DNA of 64,000 nucleotides. Source: Saccostrea echinata (Eukaryota). Position 1 is the first letter of the stretch; every line of letters begins with the position of its first letter. Shown piece after piece: positions 50,395-62,037 of the stretch. Under the pieces are notes generated by a model, which saw only the letters and a program-made list of their open reading frames with translations, was not told the DNA's origin and searched no databases. The stretch covers positions 16,306,001-16,370,000 of the forward strand of contig NW_026889803.1 of NCBI RefSeq assembly GCF_033153115.1, in the 5' to 3' direction. A program made the position numbers and the translations under genes.

Positions 50395-51796
50395 TCATTT
50401 TGAAGGCTGTAATTCTACATTGTTCTTTCCACTGCCATGAGGTGAATTTTCTATTTTCTTTCTTTTACATTTCATAGCACTATGTGCCTGGAAGCAGGTA
50501 AAGCAGACATGCTGGAACTTGCATTCTGTTCTCAAACAGCCCTTATCGCTGTTGTAATTGTTGCAGAGTTCTTTGCCCTGGTGATATCTTCTACTCCTTC
50601 CATGCATGTCGACATCTCTGTTCACTGTCCTGTGATTTTCTGTTCTTTAACATTACACATCAGTGTGCTATGAACTGTCGAACCACATCTTTCACACTTC
50701 GTAACACTAGATCCTGCACAGACTCTCAGTAATAGGTCAGGGTCCCCCAAAGCCCAATCTACTTTAATATTGTACTGTAAGAGAGCTGTTGAAGCTTTGG
50801 CAGAGAACAATTTATGATACTCGTAAAATTGTTGCCCCCAAGTGGAATAAACATCAATGATGTGAGATAGATATCCATCCAATTCCCTACTTCTTTGAGG
50901 AAAGCTTTCGACCATGATTGATTTATATATGGTGAAGGCCTTTACAAATTCGCCGATGGATAATGTTCTGTTAAGACGTTCGTCCTTCTCTTCTTCTTTG
51001 TTTTTGGGGCTACATAATTTGACAACAAGAGTTTACACATGTTAAGATCCTTACCCGAAATGATTTCTTTCCGGATTGTAGGTGATACTGCCATCACGTG
51101 CTGTAAGTCCGCAGAAGGGACGCCACTCGCACTCGTTTCTTTCATGGTACTTTTGAACAAATTCGGGTGTAATTGGGTAGCCGCTACTTTGTCTGGAGAT
51201 CCAGCTGCGAACTGTGCACTACTTCGGTTTTCATAAAATTTGCGTAATGAATAGTCTTCTTCTTCTTTATCTTTATGCGTCTGTTGTATCAATTTCACTG
51301 TCTCCTGTAAGGCGAACGCTGTCGCCATCAACACAGAATTCTCACTGTTTACGTTTCTCTCCGGAACTTTGATACTTGCTGGTTCCGTTGGCGCATGCGC
51401 ATTTACATTGGTGTAAGGAAAGGCCCCTCCATGGGGTACAGATGTTTCAGCGAAGGCTGAAGCGGATAGTTCGTCAATTCGTTCCGTTATATTGGAGGTA
51501 CATTGAGCTATGTTTTCATCCTCATTCCTTACTGCGCTTGGTCTCTTTTGAGCAGAGTCAATATATACTGTTTCCCCATCGGTGCCTATCTCTTTCTTGC
51601 CTTTGTTATCTAACCATAGTTTCACTAGTATTTTGTGGGGAATAGAATGGTAAATATCGATGCCGCACAGTTTTAGTTCATTTTTCAATTTATCAATTGT
51701 CCAATTGTTAGGATCGTCAACGTCTACTGTTGCTGCCCTTCGAACCCTGGATCTTGATCTAGTGCGATTCATGGCGGGGTCAAAGTCCAAAGACAC
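50395..51796 (-). pseudogene. Gag-like ORF1 of the Ngaro-like element
   Basis: ORFs 50942..51796, 50622..50915 and 50395..50625 are joined by frameshifts (DERLNRTLSIGEFVKAFTIYKSIM bridges the first two). Confidence 0.8.
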
Positions 51797-52136
51797 GGAT
51801 CACTAATTCATAATCACAACAATATCACATGGTAAACACATATAGAAGTCCAGTAAATAGTCCAGTAAAAGCAGTTAGGCCAGTGGAATGAAAACGACAG
51901 AAATAAAATGAATGTCGAGTGAATAAATGTTATAATAGCTGTTGTAAAACTATGGAATCAAGATGCTGCCAGCTATGGCGTTGGCTTCAGAAAGAGGCTG
52001 GGTATTTTCCCTCCGTAATATTGGCCATCTATGGGGCCTCCGAAGGGTAAATCTTCCACCGAGGGGCCTCATTAAGGAAGTGAATGAGTTTGTTTGTTTC
52101 CCTGGTATAAACTCAGTTTATACTACTTATAAACTT

Positions 52137-52300
52137 TAATATAACATTGCCTCCCAATATGGTATTGGAGTGCCAGAACAGAAGTTTGATGCCCCTCCCA
52201 TAGATGAACCAGCACCATCATACGAAGAAGTGGTTGATAAAAAGAGTGATGTCCCCTCCTTATGTGTCATACATGACAGATCCCCCACTATATAAATAAT
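52137..52300 (+). pseudogene. B-type relic: 3' half of exon 4 plus 3' flank
   Basis: YNIASQYGIGVPEQKFDAPP...APSYEEVVD...MTDPPLYK aligns with 18590-18765. Frameshifted, and abuts the end of the YR element. Confidence 0.85.
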
Positions 52301-52504
52301 ATATTTTAAAATCTTTTTAAAATATATTATCTACAAAATCTCTGTCTGAGTCATATCAATACTACATGTAGTATTTTGCTTTACATGTATTTTGATATTT
52401 TCCCCATTAGAAACCCGTTCAATGTGTACACAGTTTGAATTCATTATCTTTGTGAAACTTTAAAGTTCATTCTGGCCCAGAATTTATTAATGTGTGCAAC
52501 TCAA

Positions 52505-52740
52505 AAAATTTTTCACTCATGTTGGAAAACCACCAGTTGTCTGTGGGAGGATTGAATCTAAACCGGCACTACGCAGTTATGGTCAATGAGCAGCTCGAGA
52601 ACTTTTTGTACCAGCATCTACTGTGACACGGGACCTCGATTAATACGGTCGCACCCAAAGGACCGGTCCTTTATTCGAATCCGCTATTAAAGGACCAATT
52701 CCTGCATGACTAGAATAAACGCTCTAATCATTGTGTCACT
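52505..52740 (-). mobile_element. Old SINE relic in B-type 3' flank
   Basis: tttttcactcatgttgg...gggacctcgat...ggaccggt, a degenerate version of families A/B. Confidence 0.65.
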
Positions 52741-53715
52741 TAATATCAGGTTTACCTCGAAGATCAAGATTATTGTAGCAGTTGTGATAGAGAATACACT
52801 GGCTCATCCCATGAATCCACAAACATTACCTATATCGGAAACTTTATAGGTAACCGAATGTACTTTTAAATGATTTTGTACTCCACCTTTTCCATGTTGA
52901 ATTTGCTCCCCTGTAGCATCCTTAGCCCAGGCAGTGGTTCCTGTCCCTTTTCTAAAACTGCGAATTATAATCTTCAACTCTTTAAAAAACAAAAATCATG
53001 GATAGCTGTAGCTGTTTAGATAAGAAATTATTCAACACTTAAAAATTATTCATGAAAAAAAAAATTTGGTTCAACCTCCTGACTTTGAAGTTATTTCAGA
53101 GATATAAAAATTGGATACATTTCTTTGGGTGTTATGTTATAGTAATGAGAATCACAGTAATGTGTTTACTTGCACTAGCTGTTTTTGAAATTTGGCATCT
53201 GAGTTTTTATTCATGTTTACATGGCACTCTTTTCCCTAAAGTAGTTTCTATTTGGTTGTGGTAATACAGCAATTTTATCAATTCTCAAATCAACATGAAA
53301 AGCTATCAAATATATGGCTTGAAGATAACTTGTTAATATTTAGAAGGACAAGTATATGTGGTTATGAACTTATCAATCACTTTGAAATGATAAGCATTTC
53401 ATTAATTTTCATAATTTTGGTGCATCTACGTTTTTTTTAGTTTACGATCCAGTACAAGGAACCACTGAATGTTTCAAATAACCAAATATGAATTGCTTAC
53501 ACCCATGAGCAAAGTTTCATTCGTAGCAGAATTGATCATTTATTGCAAATCCTAGCAAGTAATAGCAGCTAGGATGTAAGGGTACAACTTTGTAACTATT
53601 TTTGATAACAAGCAATTTTTCCAACATAACGGCGTCATCTACTATGTGCAAAGTTCAACTGAATTCCATCATTGTGTCAGATAAATTCTGAATTCATCGG
53701 GTGGCAGTAAATACA

Positions 53716-54154
53716 AACAAGAGGCCCAAGGGCCTTAACGGTCACCTGGGTACAATACAATTAAGAGGATCAATAAACAGCTTTGTTGCCCAAAAGGAAG
53801 AAAATAGTATGATTAGGATCAACAAAGTAATTGGTCTAGTATCTAGTGAAATTCTTGCCTGCAAAAGTATTTCAATCGGTAGTTTTTGTCTACGATAATA
53901 TCTTAAAATTTTTCCCCCGTAAATTCCTGCATCCCCAAAAAGCTAAATCCACAGTTGATTTTGTAAAGAAAAATAACCCTTAGTCAGTGTACTAGGAAGT
54001 TGTCATTACTTTTTTGTTCAATTCTTCAAGGTCATTGTATCGTGGTCTATTGATCAAATTCTTTTAATTTGCTCAGCTTATCAGCAAAGGAAAAATGATA
54101 CTACAGTTGCTGTGGCAACACCGTTCCTCGAAATCAAAAACCAATAAATAGAAG
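53716..54154. mobile_element. HINE-like element start
   Basis: aacaagaggcccaagggccttaacggtcacct is the reverse complement of the end of 29773-31345. Confidence 0.6.
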
Positions 54155-55037
54155 TATGAAATATATGAAGATAACGAACAGTATTCAGGCTCAAAAGTCC
54201 ATCAAACAATACAAAATAGGAGCAGAGCAAACACGGACCTCCAAACATCAGAGGTGGGATCAGGTGCCATGGAGGAGTGAGCATCCCCTGCCGACCGGTC
54301 ACACCCGCCGTGTGCTCCTTGTCATGATCGGGAAATAATGGAAAAATCAATCGACAATTCAGTGTGTAAATAATTGCCTAACAATTTGTATGAAAAACGT
54401 CAGTCAGCATTTGACTCAATGATAAATTGTATTTGCTGACAAGGTCATTGTATCGACCATAGAACTTACGAAATGATGACTTTAAACGAGACAGCTGATA
54501 TTCTTGTTTCATCAACTTAATTGTCAATAATTTACCTCGTTTTAGAAATTGTACATACGTAGAGCATGCTCTTGCGTATCGAATCAACTGAGAGATATAT
54601 ACCCCGTATGCAGGTGATGAAGGTATATTGCTGCATAAGTAAGGGAGGTTGACGATTGAAAAGTTAAAGTCATCACGTTTATCATAAAGCTTGGTTGTAA
54701 GATTACCATTAACGTCTTTTTCAAGTAAAATATCCAAATATGAAACAGATGTGTCAGATTGTGGTATCTTTTATCTCAAGCTCACAAGGATATATCGTAT
54801 CGACATAAGAATGGAAATAGCCATTGTTAATTGACAATACGTCGTAGATATATCTAAATGTCGAGTTGAAGGGCCACAGCAAGTGTTTTCTTCTTTTGAC
54901 GTACAAGATTTTGGACAAATTCTGCTTCATATGAATACAAAAAAAGGTCTGCTAATAACGGGGCGCAATTGGTACCCATGGGAATTCCAATAGATTGTTG
55001 GAAGACCTGGTCTCCAAAAACCACATAGATATTGTGT
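54155..55037 (-). mobile_element. Penelope-like (Naiad-type) RT fragment and 3' UTR
   Basis: FQQSIGIPMGTNCAPLLADLFLYSYEAEF...FRYIYDVLSINN (YIDD mutated)...SQLIRYARACS, with two frameshifts. Confidence 0.92.
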
Positions 55038-55132
55038 ATCTTAGTGTAGTTGACTTGTGTGCTTAGTTATATTGAAATCAGACCCAAACTGTTGAGCGGT
55101 TAAAAGTATTTCAAGGAAAATTTTATATATAT

Positions 55133-55425
55133 ATTGTTTGTTGTTAAACGCCCTTCTCGGGAATTTTTCACTCATATGGTAACGCCACCACTTGCCGGTG
55201 AAGAGCTGCAAATTTTGACCTATACTCGGCACTCAAGGCCATTGAGCAGTGAGGAAACATTTTCGTACCAGCATCTACTGCGACAAGGGACCTCAGTTTA
55301 TACGGCCTCATCCGAAGGAGCGGTCTCCACGTCCCACAGTGGGATTCGAACCCGCGACATAAGGATCAACTCCTTATTCCGCGACTCTAGAGCAGACGCT
55401 CTTCCATTGCGCCACGCGGGCGACA
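55133..55425 (-). mobile_element. SINE family A
   Basis: Reverse complement match to 13787-14098. Confidence 0.9.
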
Positions 55426-55559
55426 TCTTTAAACCAAGAAATTTGTTACACGAATTGCCTTAGATATGTTGGTAATGCACAAAATATGGGAAAAAAATCA
55501 TTGACAGGATTTTTCAGCTCTAGGTCCTGCTTCTCTATAAAAGATTTCCAATGATTTTG

Positions 55560-55918
55560 GATATACATTATAGGGGTTTGCTCGATCGTACCCAAAACAG
55601 AACCTGACCTAGATATTCTTATTATAAATCTGTATACCAAATTTCATTTCAGTATGTGCAACCTCTGCAAAGAAAATGAACGGAAACTGCAAATAATTGT
55701 AATTTTTCTAATTCCAAGGGGCATAACTTTGTCAAAAATTGCTCAGTCATACCCATAACAGAACTTGACCTAAATATCCTTATGATAAATCTGTTTACCA
55801 AATTTCATTTTAGTACGTGCAACCTCTGCGAAGAAAATGAACGGAAACTGTTGGTGGACCGACAGACAGACAGCAGCAAAGCAATATGCCCTCCCTTCTT
55901 CGAAGGGGGGCATAAAAA
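55560..55918. mobile_element. HINE-like element end with two repeat units
   Basis: Duplicated accaaatttcattt.agta.gtgcaacctctgc.aagaaaatgaacggaaactg, then (gaca)n and the hairpin gccctcccttcttcgaaggggggc followed by ataaaaa. Confidence 0.75.
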
Positions 55919-55968
55919 GAGCTGCAAGCTTGAGGCATAGACGCGAGATCGTCATTTTAAATTTACAG

Positions 55969-56232
55969 CAAATATCATTGTGGGGATTCACTACCTAACA
56001 GAGCCTTACAAAGCAAATTCTACCGTCAGCCGAATTTAATCCTCTGCACATCTATATCCATACACTGGTAATTTACTGCCTAATAATATGGATTCCGGAA
56101 CAGAATTGTGATGCCGTTCCTTCGTCATCTTACACACACGACGCACCAGCACACGAATCAGTGGGCGATCCAAGTCGACTGATGACTACAGGAATAGCTG
56201 TCGAACATGACAGATCACCTACCGTATACTAC
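55969..56232 (+). pseudogene. B-type relic: decayed exon 4
   Basis: tttacag|caaatatcattgtggggattcactac (NIIVGIHY versus NRNVGIHY)...aacatgacagatcacctaccgtat, with an early TAA. Confidence 0.8.
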
Positions 56233-56593
56233 GTGATTTTAATGTTAAACTAGCTATTTACAATGAATCCTCATCAAAACATGATATACAAGTTCCTGTA
56301 ACTATGCAGACACTTTATTGCAAGTGGTTTTGCTTATAAAATACGTAAATGTGCATTTTTCTCAGCAACCGGTGCAATAAAAAGATACTCTGAATTTAGC
56401 TTTGTGGAACATGAAATGTGTTTCCTTAGAAGTAGTTTTACATACAAAACAATCGTTGAATACGTGAAAGACTTTTAAGATTGCCTTTTTGGCAACTTTA
56501 TGCAAACACTGTATTCTCTTATAATTTAAAAAAAAAAAACATTATGATTTTTGTTTTTAAATCCCTCTTTATAATTCATTGAATGACAATGTG

Positions 56594-56854
56594 AACAAGA
56601 ATTCTGAGAGTATTGCATAAGCAATACATGTCTCCTACCGGTAGGGTACCTGTAAAATGCGAAACGAAATAGACACGAAACGAAACGAAATCTACCGAAA
56701 CGAAACGAAATGAAACCTACCGAAAGGAAACAAAACGAAACAAATCAAAAACGAAACTTATCGAAACGAAACAAAAAACGAAACGAAATCAAAACGAAAC
56801 CTACCGAAACGAAAACTACAGAAACAAAAAACAAAATAAAATCGAGCAAAAATG

Positions 56855-56911
<57 letters not shown>

Positions 56912-59446
56912 AACATTATGATTTAAAATATATTATATAGTGTATATTTTATAAGTAACGAGTCTCTTTTGATACGCAGTGAAAGATAAAAAAGATTTTG
57001 TGCGTTTCTGAACGTGCACATTTGTAAGTATGGATTACACTTTTAAATAGATATTGCTCATTTTAGTGCAAAACAAACACATTAGACTAAGCCTATACAT
57101 ATAACCCAAGTTATCACTTTCGGGTTCTTGTTAATACAATCCATTTGTATGTATACTTGTATACTCAAAATCAGATTTTAAGACCTGGCGATTCTTGGTC
57201 TGCTTTTGTCCAACACCAAACTATATCACATCACACACTTTTATAAACAGTAATTTAAAAGCGGAGGATAAAAAAAATAATACGGTAAAATTGCAACATC
57301 AAATACATTTATCGAAATTAAAATTCAATTTTTATCAAATCATTTGAACAAGCCTTGAAACTACCAGAGGAGGGGGGGGGGTCCTTCTCAGAACTACCTC
57401 TCAAATAAAAATTAAAAAATAGCTGGACCCGTCAATAATCAAAAGTATAATAATAATTAGGCTTTGTATAATTGATCACATATGTATAAATAACAGTAAT
57501 GCACTTTTTTCATTTAACTCAATGTGTACAGTTTTTTTTTGTTTTTTTTTTAAAGTTATGTTTAAAGACATTCGCAATACAACAGTACAGTAACTTTATT
57601 TCGATACGTAAATAGAAAAGCTTTTACATGTAGCACATCAATTATGAGAAATTTATTGTATTTCGATGGTTAAAGGCTAAAAATAAAAGTAAGACAGAAA
57701 AATTAGAGAATACGACGCTTATTTCGAAATGAATATTTTGAAATTATATAGTATGCTCGTGCATATTTGTAGCTGGCAGTTGATTTACAGTATATATAAG
57801 CATGTATAAGTAAATACATCACTAGAGAAGGGAGCATAAATCGGTGTTTAAATATTATATTAACAAGTGCTTGAACTATATAAATTTTATATGAAGTAAA
57901 AATAGTCCATATACAGTTACACATTATATATAATAATATACTTTGATTTGAAAAACATTCTGTTTTCGTTTCGTTTCGGTAGGTTTCATTTTGAGTTCGT
58001 TTCGTTTCGGTAGGTTTCGTTTCTATTTCGTTTCGCATTTTACAGGTTCCCGTTTCGTTTCGGTAGGTTTCGTTTCGTTTCGGTAGATTTCGTTTCATTT
58101 CGTTTCGCACTTTACAGATACCCCCTACCGGTATCCCCTTTTCTTTTTAGGATGTTATTTAATAAGACCATGTATATCAAAAATGTCCCCCAAAACGTGG
58201 ACATTTCGGTAATTGTTTATGAATGAAATGTCTTGGAATGAACTCTGCCTTACAAAGACGTGTTTGACTGCCATTGGACATATAGCATGCTTTGATGAGA
58301 ACAGATCATCATCCAAGATTAAAAAATAATTTTATAAATTCTTTTGAATTTTTGACAAAATATCACAATCATCGTTGTGGGACACTAATGCAGTGGTCCT
58401 AATTGAGCAAGGTATGAATTGACCAGACACCATTGGAAACGTCTGACGAAAACTCTAGAATTATAAGAAAATAAACGACTTCCTGTAACAGTGAACACAC
58501 GAGGGATCGGGGTGTTTTCGAACCCATAGATAATAAAATCACTTTGTATGAATAATACAACTGTCGGTAAATACGACTGTTTACGTATGGGAATATGGAA
58601 AAAGTTACTCCTTGTTCTTAACTCAAACACATACAAAAAAACCCAATTCATATCGGGAAAAATATTCATTCCTTATTGCATCTGGTGTTATTTCGCCAAG
58701 TATATTAAGTATTCGCTGGTAGAAATTGCTGAAAACAATGCACAATATTACTGAATGTCTTCTGTCAAAATCTTTAAGCAGGCTGGGGGGTAAACAAATT
58801 AACCACAAATTAACCACCAGATTTAACTTAATTTTTTAGATATGATATCTTAAGCTGTCAACTATCATTTGGCAAAGAAAAATTTCAAAAATTTTAGTTT
58901 TAAAATTTGATCATTTTCTATATCTTCATATGGAGCTCTTCTTCTAAAGGAGATCAATATAGTCTAAAAATGGCCACAACCCCCCAGCCTCTTTAAACTG
59001 AAAACCTCGGTTTTGGAACATTAATTTAGTGCAGCATGAACCCAATCTTGAACTCGATTATAAAAAAGAGTAATGTTTAAAACCGATTTCTCTAGCACCT
59101 GTTGGTCAAACACCTAAAATTCAAACTTGATCTATAGTTTGTCACTATAAAGCTACCCAGCAAGTTTTAATTCAATATTCTTAACATGACAACCTCACCA
59201 ACCCGATGGTGAACCCGATCAGAAAAAGAGGAATGTTTAAAACTGAATTAATCTAGCACCTGTTGGTCAAAAGTGACAAAACTCAAATTTGATCTGTAGT
59301 TTGTCACTATAAAAGTACCCATTAGGTTTCATATCAATTATCAAAGCATAAAGAATAAGGTGCGGAAAACCAAGTGGGACAGACTGACGGACAGACGCAG
59401 AGGAAACCTATAGTCCCCTCCGGTTTCACCGGTAGAGGACTGAAAA
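56594..59446. mobile_element. HINE-like element interrupted by a MULE-like element
   Basis: aacaaga start with cctaccgg subterminal motif, repeat units near 59060-59340, (gac)n microsatellite and terminal hairpin agtcccctccggtttcaccggtagaggact. Confidence 0.7.
56644..58123. mobile_element. MULE-like non-autonomous element with (CGAAA)n subterminal arrays and 10-bp TSD
   Basis: TIR gggtacctgtaaaatgcgaaacgaaat / atttcgtttcgcactttacagataccc, TSD cctaccggta (56634-43, 58124-33), internal (TA)n near 56858-56908. Confidence 0.88.
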
Positions 59447-60407
59447 TATAGAATTACAAAGTTACTCTTAGATTCACGTTAACTTTACTTTCAATTGTGA
59501 TCTCAACAACGAAGAATACTTCTAGTATTACGTATTTGGAACGGTTGCATAAATGTGTTAATTAAAACGAAGAAACTGCACCAATAAGGTTCCATAACTT
59601 GTGCAGGTTTGTCTGCGAGCTTGTCAACTTTATATTAGTGTTCCTCTCGCCCCGGCAGCAACATGTGCATCCCAATATAGCCAAAGTATGTCAAAGAATC
59701 ACAAACTCGATCACTGTTCGTTATCTTCACCTTTTTCATTAACTACTCGAATGTTTCCTTACAGTCCACAAATCTCATTCTATGGGACTTACTAAACAGA
59801 AGGATAAGAAGGCATTGGAATAGCCAGCTACTCTGGACCATATAAGGGCTATCATATTGAAACGGTTGAATAATATCCCTATCAAAAAAAAATAGTGATT
59901 ACACTTTCGTAAATAAATTACCTGGTTGTCTTTTCTTTCGATTATATAAACTGTGTTCATTTTAATTACAGTCATTTTCATAAAAAGATTCTTTTGCCGC
60001 ACGTATGCATCATACTTGCAGGATGAACTCCATGAATAAGAGAACAGAGGGAGTGACAGAGCCAAGGGAAGCAAAGCAGATAATGAGTCTTTTGATTTCA
60101 GTTTGGGGGGGGGGGGGTACCATTAAATGCGTTTCAATAACGCTTGAATTCTTGGTCAAAATCAAATGAGATCTTGTTAATTTGTTGATTAAAGAGTTTC
60201 TTTTTCCCTTCAGTATATTCTAGTATGGCCCAGTTTTTAAATTTGTTTATCTTTGCTCATTGCTTGTAGAGCAATAGCAAGCTTTTGTAATCCTTTCGAA
60301 CAGAATGTTGACTGAAAAACAGTACATTTTCTGCTTTTGAGCCGATATACGCGCTACATTAAACACTAGATAGTATTACGATTTTTTTATTTTAAAAAAA
60401 GATACAT

Positions 60408-60913
60408 CAGTCTGATTAAAATCAGATCCTTTGATCCGCTCACAAAGATCGCTAGAAAACCCATTCAGGGTCAACTCCTGGTGAACCTTTCAATTTTGCT
60501 TCCAAGAATTTAGAAGTATCACGGAATTCAGTTACAGAAGCGAAAGCCCCGATGATACACGAACGGAAAATTGTGACCTGGTTTCCGTAGTCTGTCAAAA
60601 GAACGACCAGTCTTTTCTGTACAGAAATATATTTAGTATTTGCTTTTGCCTTGTTTTTTATTAGCTCTTTGTTTTGTACGAAACGATAAGATCTTCTAGA
60701 TCTCCACATCTTCTTCTCCTCTCTTCTTCTCCACTTTCACTTCTACATTCATTTTCCCGAATGTCGCTTCAGTCCGATCTCTCTAATTGGTCAAAATTTT
60801 AATCAATATTTTATTAGAAAGGTCACCAGGAGATGACCCTAAATGGAGTTTCCTCAGATCCTTGTGTAGCGATCTATGTGAGCGGATCAAAGGATCTGAT
60901 TTTAATCAAATTG
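60408..60913. mobile_element. MITE with about 45-bp TIR and 9-bp imperfect TSD (MULE-like)
   Basis: cagtctgattaaaatcagatcctttgatccgctcaca.agatcgcta and its reverse complement; flanks aagatacat / aggatacat. Confidence 0.8.
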
Positions 60914-61755
60914 AGGATACATGTACATGTAATGGAAGTGCATTTTGAAAATTTTCATCTTTTGCAAATCTTTAAATTTATACAATTGTGTCAACGTTAA
61001 GGTCATGTTTAATCAGACCGTATTTAATTTGGACCATGCTACATGTAATGTATATTGGACACAAAGCTACATGTATAATTTGACATTGTGTCTTCGATAT
61101 TAAATTTTAAATTTCATTTAATTTCAAAGTAATTTTTTTTACATGCTAGATGTCTTTGAAGCTTTAATTTAATTTAATTAGTTTAAAGAACCTGGCTCTC
61201 AGAACCATGAATACATTGAAAAGGAAAAAACAACAAACACTAAAACAGCTGTAGGAAGATTATCCATTTAATTGTCACTTTGTTAGTGTTATTAAAAATC
61301 CTCGGGTTTCAAACTAAAAAAAGACACTCATCTATCGTGTTCTAATATTTCCGAATATATTCAAAATGCACAATTCTGTTGACGATTTCATGCTTCAACT
61401 CCTTCACCTGAAACTGTTTTTAATTTACTTCCTCAACTGAAAAGCGGAGATGGCTCTGGGAAAAACAGTATCTTTGGCTAGTTTAGGGATTTTCCTATTG
61501 TTTATAAGAGGTATCTTATCATTTCATATATTTTTTTTTTATTATATTCTCGTAAGAATTTAGAAATCGATCTCAAATAAATGTGTTAGGATGTAAATAA
61601 TTATTTATTATAATATATATTTAATATCTTTGGATATATATGCGTCGCGACTTTTGTTTTTTGGAAATAAGAATCATATTCATTTGCATGTAACTAAACA
61701 TGACATTCCTATGAAATACTCAGCAACGGAATTTCTTTCTGATGAAGAATTTATT

Positions 61756-62037
61756 TTTTGTTTGTTTAACGTCCCTTTCGAGAATTTTTCACTCATATCG
61801 AGACGCCACCAATTGCCTGCGGAGGGCTGCATTTAGACCTCGGCACTTAGGGCCATTGAACTACGATATGGATCTTTTTCATGCCAGAACCTACCCTGAC
61901 AAGGGACCTCGGTTTGGACGGTCTCATCCGAAGGACCGGTCTCCATGTCCCGGGGATTCGAACCCGTGACGAATGGATCAGCTCCTTACTCCGCGACTCT
62001 AGAGCAAAAGCTCTTACCACTACGCCATGCGGGCGAC
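61756..62037 (-). mobile_element. SINE family A
   Basis: Reverse complement match to 13787-14098. Confidence 0.88.

Larger units (their letters stand above)
48014..52136 (-). mobile_element. Tyrosine-recombinase retrotransposon (DIRS order, Ngaro-like), 3'-truncated and mutated
   Basis: Gag (51796-50395, frameshifted, C-terminal CNNYN..GC..C.F.H.C..C...H...C), RT (RLILDLS, HLLDDF), RNase H (LYTDAA, ELYPIV, CDNEAVV, HVPG..N..ANALSR) overlapping YR (FFGFLRCGEF, KRSKTDPF, CPV). No methyltransferase ORF. Confidence 0.92.

Noticed and set aside
56710-58110. Low-complexity ORFs rich in ETKRN
   Set aside because: Translations of CGAAA arrays.
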